DNA of 64,000 nt from Negaprion brevirostris (Eukaryota), in contig JARDVH010000163.1 of NCBI GenBank assembly GCA_030324005.1, positions 23,476,143-23,540,142 on the forward strand, in the 5' to 3' direction. The notes beneath the pieces were generated by a model. The model was not told the origin of the DNA. It made no database searches and was given only the letters and a program-made list of their open reading frames with translations. Made by a program: the position numbers and the translations under genes. Shown here piece by piece: positions 23,873 through 36,738 of the stretch (position 1 is the first letter of the stretch; every line of letters starts with the position of its first letter).

Positions 23873-24684
23873 TGTAATATATGTGGTGCAGATACAGTTG
23901 TTTGACTGGAGATTGTAACATTTACGTTGGATAATGTATCTAGATTGGATACGTTGGGTCCTGCCTGTTGGGAAATATTAATAGGTCACACAAATCTGTT
24001 CAAGGGGCAGTGTGAACAGTTGCATCAGGGAGATTGGGGTTCAGAGATGGCAGGGCAGTTATCAGCCGAGTGAAGCTGAAATGAACAGTCATTAGCTCCA
24101 CGAAGCTGGGAGTTGGGATAAAGTAGAAGTCGTGAGAGCGCTGGAGTCATGCTGGTAACTAGATGCTGGATGTAGCCAGGGTTAGTGGGTTGCAGTTTTG
24201 GAAGAAGGGATTAAACAATTAGCAACAGCAGTCAGTGGATGGTCTGAGTTGGAGAAGCTTTTGAGGGAAATCAGAAGCTTTATTTTCAAACAACAGGAGC
24301 TTAAGTTCCTCGGGAGAAAGAGTTTTAAATAATTTTTGTGACTTAACAGTATCTGGTTGGGCTTCTGAGAAAACTTGGAGACCTGCCATGTTTGCTATTT
24401 AATGTGCAGTTTATGGTGTGTATGACCACAGTTTGCCTGTTAATTCATGTCTATGCCATGTTAATTCTAGATGTATGCGTATAAGATAAATAGTGTTGAC
24501 TGCTTGGCTGACTTTTTTGTAGTAAAAGTTTTTTTTGGAAACATGCGATCTCATGGCATTATCCTCTTTGTAAGTAACTGTCTACTTTAAAACAAAAGTG
24601 ACTTGTCCAATGGATCATAAAAACATTAGGGTTTCTTGTTGGGGTTAGTAATAAAAATTGCAGGTCTGGTTTGGGATGGTAATA
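23873..24684 (+). mobile_element. Possible solo LTR
   Basis: Begins TGTAA, ends 'ggtctggtttgggatggtaata' (degenerate ...GTAACA); contains AGTAAA/AATAAA; no target-site duplication found. Confidence 0.4.
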
Positions 24685-26289
24685 TATGCTACAGACTGTT
24701 AAAGCCACTGTTCATATATAGAGGAAAGGGTTAACCTGAAGCCAGTCTTATTCTTAATCCAGGTTTATTCACAATGCTGCAACGCACAGGCTCAGATTCC
24801 TACTGTCTCCCCCAACCCAGTGTGAACTGTATTTTGCACACTTGCAATAATTTCCTACTTTTTCCTCAACTGGTGGCAGCTACTGTTAATTACAAACTTA
24901 AAGCATGCACTCCATTGTGGCATCAACATGGACATGTTCACTGCTGTGGGTCAGCTTTGTAAATGGAATATTTTGGGAAGAATACAAATTCACTGTTCCA
25001 AGCTTGAAGATTGGGCAAATTATATTGGGAACCAGGGTAGACTTTGATCTAACAGGAGTTCCTGTGAAGAGCAGAATACTCTCTCCTCTTTTTTAAAAGA
25101 AATCTTGTATTTGGGTAATTGCTAGGTTCTTTTTGTCATGAAAATATTTTTAAAAATTGTGTAAAGCAATTTCATTAGGTACCTTTCACGTTTCTAACAA
25201 TTTGACAGCCCTCCATAGTGCCTTTTTTTTAATCTAGTAAATAAATGAAAGCCAAACATTATGGTACTTTACAAAGATATCTGCAGTTTGTCTCCACATG
25301 GCCTCAGCATCCTATAGCATATTTTCATTATGATTTGGGATATGATGGTTTGACGCCAAGTGTACAAAAGAGATTTGAGGCATTCATTTCAATTTCCTTC
25401 ACAAACAAAGATCAGGAAAGGGGAAATAGTGAGGCCTGAGACGTATTTAGAGTATAAACTTATTCTTTGCTGTTTAATGTTCAGAGTTGAAGCATTAATT
25501 GGAATATTCTATGTGGAGTTTAAGATTCGCTTGGTTAATATTTTGATTTGAAGTCAAACTGAAGCCTATGACAGCTATGATTTTCATGCTGCAGCCAACA
25601 CTGTGATTTTATGTTGTTTGTCTGCGAGAAGTATTTTTGGAGTGCAATTTTGATGCTATTTTTGATAGTGATTAATTGTATTTGATAGGACAAATATTTA
25701 CCAGTGATATTCTTTATGACAAATCTTTTAGTGTTGATAATCTCTCAAGTTTTGAAGCATTTTTCTCTGAATTTCCACTGAGGGAAAAGCTGCGATTCCA
25801 ATTATTTTTTTTCTCATATTCTTTTATATCTGGTGCTCATAGCTGTCATGTTCATATTTCTCTTTTGCTTTAATTCATTTGGCTCGGTGTCTATTTCTGT
25901 GTGTACACCTGTGTTGGCCTGGCTCCTAAATTTTTGCCACTTGTCTCCCAATTCGTGATTGATATTTCTATTTAGCTTATTCCTTCCATCCCTGCTGTCT
26001 CTATCTCTCTCTCTCTCCCTCCTCCTCCTCCTTGCTTGATTTTCTCTCTATCTCATTGCCTTTCGCTGTAAACATTTATATTGACCATCATGGTTTATAG
26101 ATTTACTTGGAGAATCTGTAGAAGAATTTGCTTCAAAGGACCTCTCCAATAGGAATGCCTGCCAATTTAACCAAATCTGTAGTCACATTTGTGGGCCTGG
26201 ATTTGCTCAAAATTCAGTACTATATAACCGCAAGAGAATATAACACAACGTAGATTTCAGCCTGCTCTTCTTTCTCACAATTAATTCAA

Positions 26290-26517
26290 ATCACCTTAAA
26301 ATACTGTGTGAAGAGGATGGTAATGGACTTCAAGAGGACATAAACAGCCTGGTAGAAAATGCAGATACATAACAGGGAAAGTTTATTGCAGAACAGCATG
26401 AAATAATGCATTTTGGTAGGAAGGAGAGGTACGATAAAATAAAGGGTACATGCAATTCTAAATAGGTGCATGAGCAGGGAGATCTTGAGGCATATGCGCA
26501 CAAATTGTTGTAGGTGC
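26290..26517 (+). mobile_element. CR1 fragment
   Basis: 'cttcaagaggacataaacagcctggtag' (LQEDI..L) and 'atgcattttggtaggaag' (MHFGRK). Confidence 0.8.
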
Positions 26518-29491
26518 CTTATACGCTGCCTTGGTAGTCAAGACCAACTGCAATGTCGCTATTTATGAATAAAATACTATCTAATATGTCTTAATAATCA
26601 CTTATCCCAGCCTGCCCAGCTGTCTTAAAAGAAATTTCCCAACTCGCTGGACCTGCTCAGTAAGAAGTGCCCAAAATCATGTGCTTTTCACTCCTGGGGT
26701 GTGGATGAGAATTGGAGCCTGGCCTGCTGATCTTGGAAGTAGAGAGTAGGCAGTCACAGGGACGCATGTGTGCCAGGAAGGACTGGTTAGAAGGTTCGCT
26801 ATGATTTTTATCAGTTATTTCAAAAACTTCTATACCTTCACTCCTTATACCCTCATTCCTCCGTGACACCTTCCTATGGCCCTTCAAACCATCTGTGCTA
26901 ACTCATGCTTGACACGCCATCTGCCTGTTAACTGTCATCACCATGAACTGGTGCATTCTCCATGGCAATACCTCTAGTGATCAGAGCCCATTTGCCAACC
27001 AATCAGGATTCTCTTCTCATACAGTAGAAATTTATTGATTCCAAGTTTTGACAAAATAAAGTTTTTTTCATCAGTACTCAAGTTCTGAAATACCAAATGA
27101 CTATTTGCAAAACACAAATTTTGGAGTCTGAAATTCCTTAACTGGTTCCCTGCTGTTAATGGAAGGTTGGTGGGCTCCTCAAGCAAATGAAATGGTTCTA
27201 ATGTGCTCTGTTGTTTTCCGCATTTCCCATGGAACCTAATCAGGGAAGTGCAGAGGGAACTTCCGTAACCTATCTACCTTTACACCTGCATCAAATACTG
27301 TTTTTGGCTCGAGGGCAAAGCCTCTCTTTGTATTCTTTATCACTTGTAAACTTGCAGACTCTTATGTCTAGGCAATTTCTGGTAAAAAGCAGTTGCTCTA
27401 ATACTGTTAACTGACATGTAAGCGTCAATACAATTTTCTGCAAACAAAAATTTAGTAGTTCTTAAGCCAATGAAGCAATTTCCCATGAATTCACAAGATT
27501 TTGTCTTCCCGAGTACTCGTTGTGAGATACCTTATCAAACACTTTCTGAATAGGGAATAAATATTGGGACAATGGACTTTGTCCAAGGTCTCAAACACTC
27601 CGTCAAGGAGAAGCTGTAAATTATATGTACTTTCAATTTAATTTTCTGCTCACGATGTGACCATACGCAGGTTGGGTGACGCTTTATGAAACACCTTGTT
27701 TAGTCTATGAGCACAATCATGAGCTTTCTGTAGCTTATCAGTTTAATTCTGCACCTTGCTCTCATCTCTGCCAATTGTAATGTAGTTATTTAATTTCACT
27801 GCCAAATTTTGAATTCGATTTTGAATCTGTCCTTGGGTGTCTTTCAATGGGCTGTACATTCTTCATTAATTCTCTGGCTCTTAAACATGCCCATTGAAAG
27901 CTGTTCAGAAAGCCTGAGGTAAGGAACAAAGTGGGTCAGCGAGTTGATGGAACCACTGATCAGAAGAGATGGAATGAGGTTATTGAGAGCAGAATTTCCT
28001 AGATACAGAACTTAGTTTACAGGAACTTTAAGCACAGTCTTGCTGCAGCAACAAAGGACCTGCAACTTTCAGGAGGTTGGAAATGTCAGCAAAAGTAGAA
28101 ACAAACCGACCAGTTTGCTGAAGGAAGGAACTGACTGATGCAAAACACAGCAAGTGGAAAGGAAGTGTGGCTTTCCTTCCTTTTGCATGTAGTACTAAGA
28201 TGATTTTTTAAAAATAGTATTTACCCACCAAATCACAAAATGTATATTTAAAAGTTACAAATTCAAACGACCATTTCAAAACTTTTGACAATGTAACTAA
28301 ATTGTTAGCCTAGAATATGCTCAAGTGTTGGATGGTTTAACCTCACACTCGTGACTTAGTGCTATCAACTATAGTCAAAGGGACAACTGAAATGGCACGT
28401 GAGACCTAGAAGGTAAAATTTAATTTCAATGGAGGTGCACTAATGGTGGAGTGGATCGGCAATCCAGTTAGTGCCATTGCTGAAGTTATTTTACCTTGTG
28501 GTCATTGCAGCACACACACAGCTGCAGTAGTTTGTGGTCTGAGGCGGCAGTAAGAACCAGTCAATAACCTGGTTTAATAAGCTCGGAATCCTCTCTGATG
28601 AGGCATATATTGGATCTTGTTATGTACAATTAAGATTATCATTCTTGACTTGCAGTCCTACATTGCGTGTCATGGGACAGATTTATAAATCTAATAGTTG
28701 AAGTACATGACTTACTGTTTTAAAGTCAAGACTGGGCTGCTCGTCATTACAACAACTTTCTGATTCTTAATACCTCAGTAAGTGAATCATAACTGAAAGA
28801 TGGTATTCTACGTTAAAGGTAGGTGACAAGAAAGCAGCCAGTTTGCCTTGTGGAATCCTGCCATCTACTGGATGATTACAAAATGAACTGCAAGGGGCTT
28901 TGTATGCTTGAAACTTGAGAAGCGGCCAATGACTGTTTTCAGTCACTGGATGTGGGTGTTGCTGGCAAGGCCAGCGTTTATTGCCCATCCCTAATTGCCC
29001 TTAAAGTGCTTCGGGGCCAGAAGAAAATTAACTGGGGGCTAAGAGAGAAAATAACTAGTAAAAGGGGGATAACTGTGGAAAATAGAGGGAAAAAAACAGC
29101 TGGGAATGGGAAGATGGATAAGAACCCACAGTGGTATGAAGTAGCAGCTAACAAGTTTCCTTAAGTAAAACATTGAAAAGAATTGGGTGGTAACAATATT
29201 CTTATTTTAGTTCAGATTTTTTAAATTTAAATATCATTCTTGCTAACAGTATTGAGTGGATATTCAAAGCTTCTGTTTGACTAAACTTGAGACGCTATAT
29301 GCATTGTGCAGTGCTTCACCTTAATAATGAATTAGTTGCCTAGCTTTCAAAGAAAAATGCCTCTGTATGAAGTACCTGCACGGCCCTTACTNNNNNNNNN
29401 NNNNNNNNNNNNNNNNNNNNNNNNNNNNNNNNNNNNNNNNNNNNNNNNNNNNNNNNNNNNNNNNNNNNNNNNNNNNNNNNNNNNNNNNNNN

Positions 29492-29562
29492 GCTGGTCGG
29501 CGCAACATCGTGGGCCGAAGGGCCTGTTCTGCGCTGTAATGTTCTATGTTCTATGTTCTATG
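29492..29562 (+). mobile_element. Very young CR1 3' end
   Basis: CpG-intact 'ggtcggcgcaacatcgtgggccgaagggcctgttctgcgctgt' plus (atgttct)3. Confidence 0.85.
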
Positions 29563-31129
29563 TTAATAATGAATTAGTTGCCTAACTTTCAAAGAAAAAT
29601 GCCTCTGTATGAAGTACCTGCACGGCCCTTACTGATGGGAAAGAATTGTGAAGGCTGGCTCACTTAATTTTTTTTGCAACAAATGTACGGACTGATACAC
29701 AATATTGCACCAAGCCCATCTTTGGCCCCATTAATCAATTTCCTCCTCACCTGAAAGTTGGGTGCAGCAAAAGAGATAGGTTGCAAACAAAAAGTCAAAT
29801 TTTCTGGTTATACTGGAGATCCATTCCCTGTTTTCATTTTCTGTACAATAGTTTCATGGTCATTCTGATCTTTAAAATCCCAGTACCCTGCACCCCACCA
29901 ACCCTGTAAAACTAGAGATGGAGACTGTGGGCTAGATTGGCATGATTTTGATATTGAGACTGATTAGTTTTGCAACTTGGATTCTCCACACACTATAGAA
30001 TATTAAAAACTATGGATTTCATTATTGATTTTGCTGCTGCTCAATATGGCCTTGTTATCACCTTCTCCCTCCCACCCCAATCAGCTCAATTAAGTCCTGG
30101 TTACTTTTTCCACTGCCTGCACAGTATGTGTACGTGTTGTCTTCAACTGGGTTTTTGAAAATATTCTCTCTTCCCCTCAGATTTTCCCACCAGCTGATGG
30201 GTTTCTCCCCCTACAGGTATACTGACACCAATTAATCCCTGCATTTATTTATTATCATCATGTAGCTTTGCTCCTGTCCCTTCCTCCTCTACTTTTTTTT
30301 CTCATTCCTTTTCACTTTTCCTTTTTCTTAGGAACGGTCGAGGGACAAGCTCCTGATACTAATGCAGAGACCAGGTGGGAGTAGGTCTGAACAAGATGCG
30401 TGAATGCATTTGGATTGAATATGGTTCAATGGAAGCTTTTTAGTGGAATTTGTTTGGGAAGAAAATTGAAATTGGGATAAAGGTTTTACACAATATAATT
30501 GAGGAATCATGAAAATAATAAAATGTTTAATAGAAAGCAGCCATTGAGAAAGAAGAAAATTGATGCAGTTGACATGTGATCTTAACAATCCTCTCTCCCT
30601 TCATTCTCTGCCCTTTCCCCATACCCTCTTCTCCTCCTCTTCCCAAACCCCTAAATTCTCTCTCTTCTCTACACTCTCCAGCTTCCCTAGCTCTTCAATC
30701 CTCCTTTCTCTCTGTAAAGGTGACAGATGCACAATTTTTCTAACAAAGATTGCACACGTCTGTGTAATATATTTTATATTATGTAATAAAATTCTGAATT
30801 GTTAAATTTATCTTTTACTTTCCAAATGCAAGCAGCCCTTGCCTTGAGCTTGGTGAGAGAATGCCATCAAGGAAGCTTTATAAACTGTAAACTTAGTTGA
30901 TGCATTGTTGATGGTCTCTGTGACTCCTTCTGTCACATCCTGCTGCCAGATGCTTAACATGAGAGTTATGAAGAGGCCTTTTTCTGGCCACTGTCAGTTG
31001 CTTTTTTTTTTAAATCTTGGTTTCAGGTTATAAAATGTTGGTGAGGTGTTTGCAGTTTTTATTTAGAATCGTCTGAGAAATTAACTTCTGCTGAGAACAG
31101 CACATAATAGGAATGCTGTAGAGATGTAC

Positions 31130-32010
31130 AATAAACTGCAAAGGAAATCTGAAAATAAGAACCAGAAATGCAAAGCATACAGGTTGGTGACATTTGGAAA
31201 GGGAAACAGACAGATGATGGAGAGAGAAAAGGAGAGGTAGTGGGGAAGCGGAAAGTACCAACGTGAAAAATGGAAGAAGAGTGATGAGAGAAGTGGAATA
31301 TTGAAGGAAGGAGATTTCAGAAAAAGTGAAAGGGAGGGGTGCAGAAGTGAGAAATGAGAATTAAAGCAATGAGGAAGACACAGAATGTACAGAAGAGGGA
31401 AAGAGGAGAATTTGGGGGAAATGGGGAGAAGAGAAAGTAGGAGAGTGCAGAGGATGAACTGAGTGAGGATTGGTAGGAAGAGCATGAGGGGAAAATGGTT
31501 GTAAGGAGATGTGAAAACAGATGGAAAAGGGAGGGGTAGGGAAGGTATGGAAGGGAAGAGAAGAGAACAGAAAGTTGATGGGAGAGCTGAGGAAAAGATA
31601 TAATCAGAAAAAGAGAGAGATGATGGGACAAGAGTTTGTAGCTTGGATGAAGGAAAGGAGAGAAGTAAAAGGAACAATGAAGGATAAAATGGTACCTAGG
31701 TACAGGGAGAGATTGAAAGTGAGAGGATGGGGAACTAGGAGAAGGAAAAGGTGGTGATGAAGATGAGGGGAAAACAGACCGCTACAGAAAGGAAAAATGG
31801 AGGGTTGAATAGAAAGGAGTAGGAATGGGGAAGAGGGAAGGTTAATAAGTGGATAGATTAAAGAGAAGGTGGGGTGAAGGGAAAGGCTGAGGAGAGGGGG
31901 ATGGGAAGTAGGAACTGTGGAGAAGAGATGGGAAAGGTGAATAGCAGAGAACAGAGAGGGGGAGCAAGCAGAAGTAAGGTGTCAGGGGTAAGAAAGGAAG
32001 CAGCAGTGAG
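31130..32010 (+). repeat. Purine-rich (GA) low-complexity tract
   Basis: ~0.9 kb dominated by G/A on the + strand; produces spurious L/S/P/F-rich ORFs on the minus strand. Confidence 0.85.
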
Positions 32011-32065
32011 GAGGGTTTTGCTGATTGGCAAACTAAACTTTTCTGTCATTTCCTAGTGTCATCAG

Positions 32066-32957
32066 AGCATAAGAAATAGGCACAGGAGTAGGGCATTCGA
32101 CCCAGTAGCCTGCTCTCTCATTCAACACGGTGATGGCTGATCTTGAGGCCATCACTCCATTTTCTTGCCCTCCGGCCCCCATAAACCTTGACTCACTTGT
32201 AGATCAAAAATCTCTCTGACTCAGCCTTGAATATATTCAATGACCCAGCCCCCACTGTTCATTGGGAAGATAATTCTCAAGGCAAACATTTCCTTGAGAG
32301 AAGAAATTCCTCCGCATCTGTCTTAAATGGGAGATACCTTGGGTGGGATTTTATGCTTGAGTGAGATCGTAAAATTCCACCCGACACAAATGGAGATTTC
32401 TGTCCTGGGAAGTGGCTGAAGGTTTTTGGCCTTTATTTTTAAACTGTGCCCCCAGTTCTAAATTCTACCGCAAGGAGAAACGTCCTCTCTCAAACTACCC
32501 TGTCAAACTTCCTCAGAATGATATACGTTTCACTATGGTCACCTCTCATTCTTCTAAACTACAATGAGTGCAGACCCAACCTGCTCAACCTATCCTGATA
32601 ACACAATCCCATCATCTTGCAGGCACCAGCCTACTGAACATTCTCTGAACTGCTTCCAGTACAAGTATATCCCTCAAGTAAGGAGACTAAAGTTGTAGAT
32701 AGTATTCTAGGAGCAGTTTTACCAATGCTACAGTTGTAACAAGAGTGCCCACTTTAAGCTGCATTCCCCTTGGAATAAACAGTGTTATTATATTTATCTT
32801 TCTAATTCCTTGCTGTACCTGCTTATTTCTTTTGTCATTCATGTACAAGCCCATGCAGCACCCTTTGTCCTGCAGCATTCTCAGCCTCTCTCCATTTAAA
32901 TAATATTCTGTTTTCTATTTCTTGCAAAGTGAACAACCTCCCATTTTACCACATAAT
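32066..32957 (-). mobile_element. CR1 3' portion
   Basis: 'cataagaaatagg...ggagtagggcattcga' 3' end, then RT C-terminal motifs. Confidence 0.9.
32341..32431. mobile_element. Mini-MITE inserted in CR1
   Basis: Hairpin gggtgggattttatg...cgtaaaattccaccc; host CR1 'cctt|tatttttaaactgtgcccc' rejoins around it. Confidence 0.6.
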
Positions 32958-32964
32958 ACAGGCT

Positions 32965-33303
32965 TTATTCAGAAAGACTGTTCCCAATGGTGGGGGAGTC
33001 CAGAACTAGGAGTCATAGTTTGAAACTAAGCAGTAAACCTTTTTGAATTGAGGTGAGGAAAAATTTCTTCATCCAGAGGATGGTAAATGTGTGGAATTCA
33101 CTACCACAGAATGTGGTTGAGGCCAAAACATTGTCTGATTTCAAGAAGAAATTAGACATAGCTCTAGGAGCTAAAGGGATCAAGGGGATAAGGGAGGAAG
33201 GGGGGGGATCAGGATATTGAATTTGATGATCAGCCATGATCAAAATGAACGGCAAAGCAGGCTTGAAGAGCCAAATAGCCTTCTCCTGCTTCTAATTTCT
33301 ATT
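32965..33303 (+). mobile_element. CR1 3' end
   Basis: 'gagtccagaactaggagtcatagt', 'gtggaattcactacca', 'gatcagccatgatc', 'gcaggcttgaagagccaaatagcc'. Confidence 0.9.
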
Positions 33304-33329
33304 ATAACTGTCTGCCTTTTTTAACCCAG

Positions 33330-33403
33330 TAAAAAGTCTGACAACACCAGGTTTTAGTCCAACCGATTTATTTGATAATAAACCCACAAGCTTTCGAGGG
33401 GTC
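33330..33403. repeat. Second Penelope-associated terminal repeat family (runs into gap)
   Basis: 'aagtctgacaacaccaggttttagtccaaccgatttatttg...cacaagctttcg'. Confidence 0.6.
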
Positions 33404-33503
33404 NNNNNNNNNNNNNNNNNNNNNNNNNNNNNNNNNNNNNNNNNNNNNNNNNNNNNNNNNNNNNNNNNNNNNNNNNNNNNNNNNNNNNNNNNNNNNNNNN
33501 NNN

Positions 33504-33613
33504 AACACGAGGAGAATGTGTAAACTCCACACAGATAGTGACCCAAGCCAGGAATCGAACCCAGGTCCCTGGAACTGCGAAGCAGCAGTGCTAACCACTG
33601 TGCTACCGTGCCA
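33504..33613 (-). mobile_element. HE1-type SINE head
   Basis: 'gaatcgaacccaggtccctgg...gcagcagtgctaaccactgtgctaccgtgcc'. Confidence 0.9.
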
Positions 33614-33669
33614 CCAATTTTATATCTACTGTCCTTTTCATTCCATGAGCTATAACGTTTTTTACAAGT

Positions 33670-35000
33670 CTGTTGTGTGGGTCTGTATCAGATGCCTTTT
33701 GAAAGTACGTGTACTTTCAACATTACCCTTGTCGAGTCTTTCTGTTAGTCTTCTAAAAATTCCAGCAATTTAATTAAACATGATTCCCCCTTTAGGAATC
33801 GATAGTCTCTTTCTAATCTTAGCCACGTTTTTCCATATGACGACTAGTTCTATCCAAAATAATTGTTCCTAAAAGCTTCCCCACCACTGGAGTTATATTA
33901 ACTGGTCTGTAATTGCTGGATTTATCTATACAACCTTTTTTGAACAAGGGCATAATATTTGCAATTCTCCATCTTCTGGCATCTTCCCTGAAGCTAGGGA
34001 AAACTAAAAGATAATAACTGGTGCCCCTGCAATTTATCCCTTTCTCTTCCTTCAATATCCTTGGATACATTTCTTCCAGCCCTGGTGCCTTGTCAACATC
34101 AGTTTGTCAGCCTGACAAACACTTCTCCCACATCAATCCTTCTAGTGACAGAGTTTCTTTCACTATCATCACGCCTGGGTAGCATCTATTTCCTTGGTAA
34201 AGATGGATGTGAAATATTCATTTAATACCTCAGTCATGCCTTCTGCCTCCATGTGTAATCGGCCTTGCTAATTCCTTTGCCACCATGTTGCTATTTATAT
34301 GCCTACAGAAGACTGAGATTTCCCTTTATTTTGGCTTTTCTCATAATCCCTCTCCTCTTCCTTTAATATGTTTTTTCACTTCCCCTCTGAACCTTCTATA
34401 TTTCTCTTGATTCTCAATTGTATTTTCCACTTGACACTTGTATTAAGCATACTTTTTCTTCTTTATCTTCATTTTTGTCTCCTTTTTCATCCAAGATGCT
34501 CTGGATTTGTTTGCCTTACCTTTCCCTTTTGTGTGGGGGTTACGTTGATTGGCCATGCTAAATTGCCCCTTAGTGGCAGGGGATTAGCAAGGTAAAACGT
34601 GGGGTTACAGTGTTAGGGCCTGGGTGGGACTGTTGTTAGTGCAGGCTCAATGGGCCAAATGGCCATCNNNNNNNNNNNNNNNNNNNNNNNNNNNNNNNNN
34701 NNNNNNNNNNNNNNNNNNNNNNNNNNNNNNNNNNNNNNNNNNNNNNNNNNNNNNNNNNNNNNNNNNNAGGCTCAATGGGCCAAATGGCCATCTTCTGTAT
34801 TGTAGGGGTTCTATAAGACAATATACCTTGTCCTGTGGCCAATCATTTTTTTTTGAAGAGAGCCCATTGTTTGGTTACATTTTTTCCCTCCAGCTTTTTG
34901 TTCCTGCCTATCTGGTCCAGCTCAATTCTTGCTCCATTGAAGTCAGCTATCCCCTAGTTCATTATTCTTATCTAAATAGTCATTATATTTTTAGCCATAG
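33670..35000 (-). mobile_element. CR1 RT N-terminal region, interrupted by an HE1 SINE
   Basis: ORF 33819-34070: YPRILKE...WRIANIMPLFKKG...NYRPVNITPVVGKLL. Confidence 0.9.
34530..34815 (+). mobile_element. HE1-type SINE, 3' half
   Basis: 'gattggccatgctaaattgccccttagtg' and tail 'atgggccaaatggcc..cttctgtattgtaggggttcta'. Confidence 0.85.
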
Positions 35001-35984
35001 TTTGCTTGTATCACAGGCTCAGGAAACACGGTAACTGAAACAGGGATGAGAAGGCCTGAATCCATGAGATAAGTGTTTTTACAGCACTGCCTATTCACCA
35101 GGACTAACATTCAGCAGTATATTTGCCATGTGGTCTGTTTGCTAACAACCCCATCTGAGCCCACAGTCCTCTGCAGTCCAGACCACCAGATCTCCTGGCC
35201 CGATAATTGGGACCTCTCCTCCCTGCGCAAACCTGCCATAACTTTCTCATTCCCCTAATACCTGCTGTCATATCTTTCAGCTCTATGAAGTAGCTTCCAG
35301 CCAGAAGCCGCTCCCGATTGTCTAACAACCTGTCTGTTATGGAAACCCCACTTTAAGGAGCTCTGTAGTTAAATTCTGTAGGATTTTCAGGAAACCACTT
35401 CAACAACTGGACAACCCCTGCACTGAACTCATCTCCAGGTTATTAACCAGGCCTTTCTGTGACTGAAAGTGTGGTTCTGTGGAACTCCATTTATCTCTGA
35501 CCCTGCCCGTTTTTCTCACTTGATCTTTCTCGTTGTACCATTGCTAGAGTGTGGCTCAGTTATTGATATCTTCTTGCACTTAGTGAAACCAGTTGCTTTT
35601 GGAAGGAATCCAAATCTCATTTTAACAAGAGTGGATTTTTCTTTGTATAATAACTAATTAGAGATGTGCTGGTAACATTTCCAGGTTATCCAGATTTTTT
35701 CAAGCTTCAGCATATGCCTTTCTTTAATCACTTCAGACAAATTTATGATTGTGTCCACTGAGGTTTACTGTAATTGATTCAGAGATCTATTTCTACAATG
35801 GCTTTTCTCTACACTCATGAATGCCAAGCTCCAATCAAGGTGACTGGTTTTCGTAGTCTTGAGAATTATCTTTCTGTTTGATTAAATTTTGAAGAAAGTG
35901 GCTGCAGAATTAGGCCTCATAATTAGGTTTCGGATCAGCAATAATTTATATCTGGGACTTAAAGTTGGCCTTTCTATGCCTTTT

Positions 35985-36127
35985 AGCTTTGACAAAGGAT
36001 CATCTGGACTCTATCAGTTCTTTTCTCTCCTTACAGATTCTGCCAGACCTGCTGAGATTTTTCAGCATTTTCTCTTTTGGTTTCAGATTCCAGATTCCAG
36101 CATCCATAGTAAGTTGCTTTTTTTTTT
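35985..36127. repeat. Penelope-associated terminal repeat
   Basis: Reverse-orientation homolog of 6742-6870. Confidence 0.75.
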
Positions 36128-36704
36128 TAGAGTTGGCCTTGGAGGGATGGATTTTTTGCTAATGAAACAGGAAGCTTGAATCCAGATATTTCCCAACTCA
36201 GCAGAGCCATCTCCTTATAAATAGCCCTGAAATACTCTATTTCATTCTGGTGGCGGGGAGGAGAATGGAGTCAGACCTGCCAACCCTGAAGCAGTTTGAA
36301 TGTGGTGACCACAGAAGTGGGTCAATGCAAGGTGAATTGGTCAGAAGACCCACCTCGGATCTCTGGGACTTTGTCCCTGTTCTCTTGCTGGCTGTTACAC
36401 CTCTAGCCCTCATCCCATCTGAAAAAACGGATGCTTGGCCATCTATTTCTGTTGACAGTTCCCAGATGCCCTCATTATAAATGCTTAGCTAAACTCAAAC
36501 TACATTAGTGGGTTAGCTCAACAAGGATCTGTTTACAAGTTGAGGGGGTGTTAGATTTGATCGACATCTTTGAGATTTTAATACGTTGTTATTTATTTCA
36601 TCTTTTTTTTCAAGTATTTTTGTTTGGATGCGATGAAGGAGTGTGAAGTGAAGTCAAGTTTCTGTTAAAAATACTCTGAGCTGAATTTTTGATCCCGAGT
36701 TTTA

Positions 36705-36738
36705 TGTGCAGAGTCAGGAAATTTCCTGACTCTGCACA
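36705..36738. repeat. Perfect 34-bp palindrome
   Basis: tgtgcagagtcaggaaa|tttcctgactctgcaca, no spacer and no mismatch. Confidence 0.95.

Noticed and set aside
31026-31045. Strong-looking acceptor (t-run...tttcag|G) followed closely by GTGAGG
   Set aside because: Would give a 14-nt frame-shifting microexon; no peptide or other support
31081-31757. 198-aa and other hydrophobic or charged ORFs
   Set aside because: Artefacts of the purine/pyrimidine low-complexity tract
34643-34792. 25-bp repeat on both sides of a gap in an HE1 tail
   Set aside because: Assembly overlap
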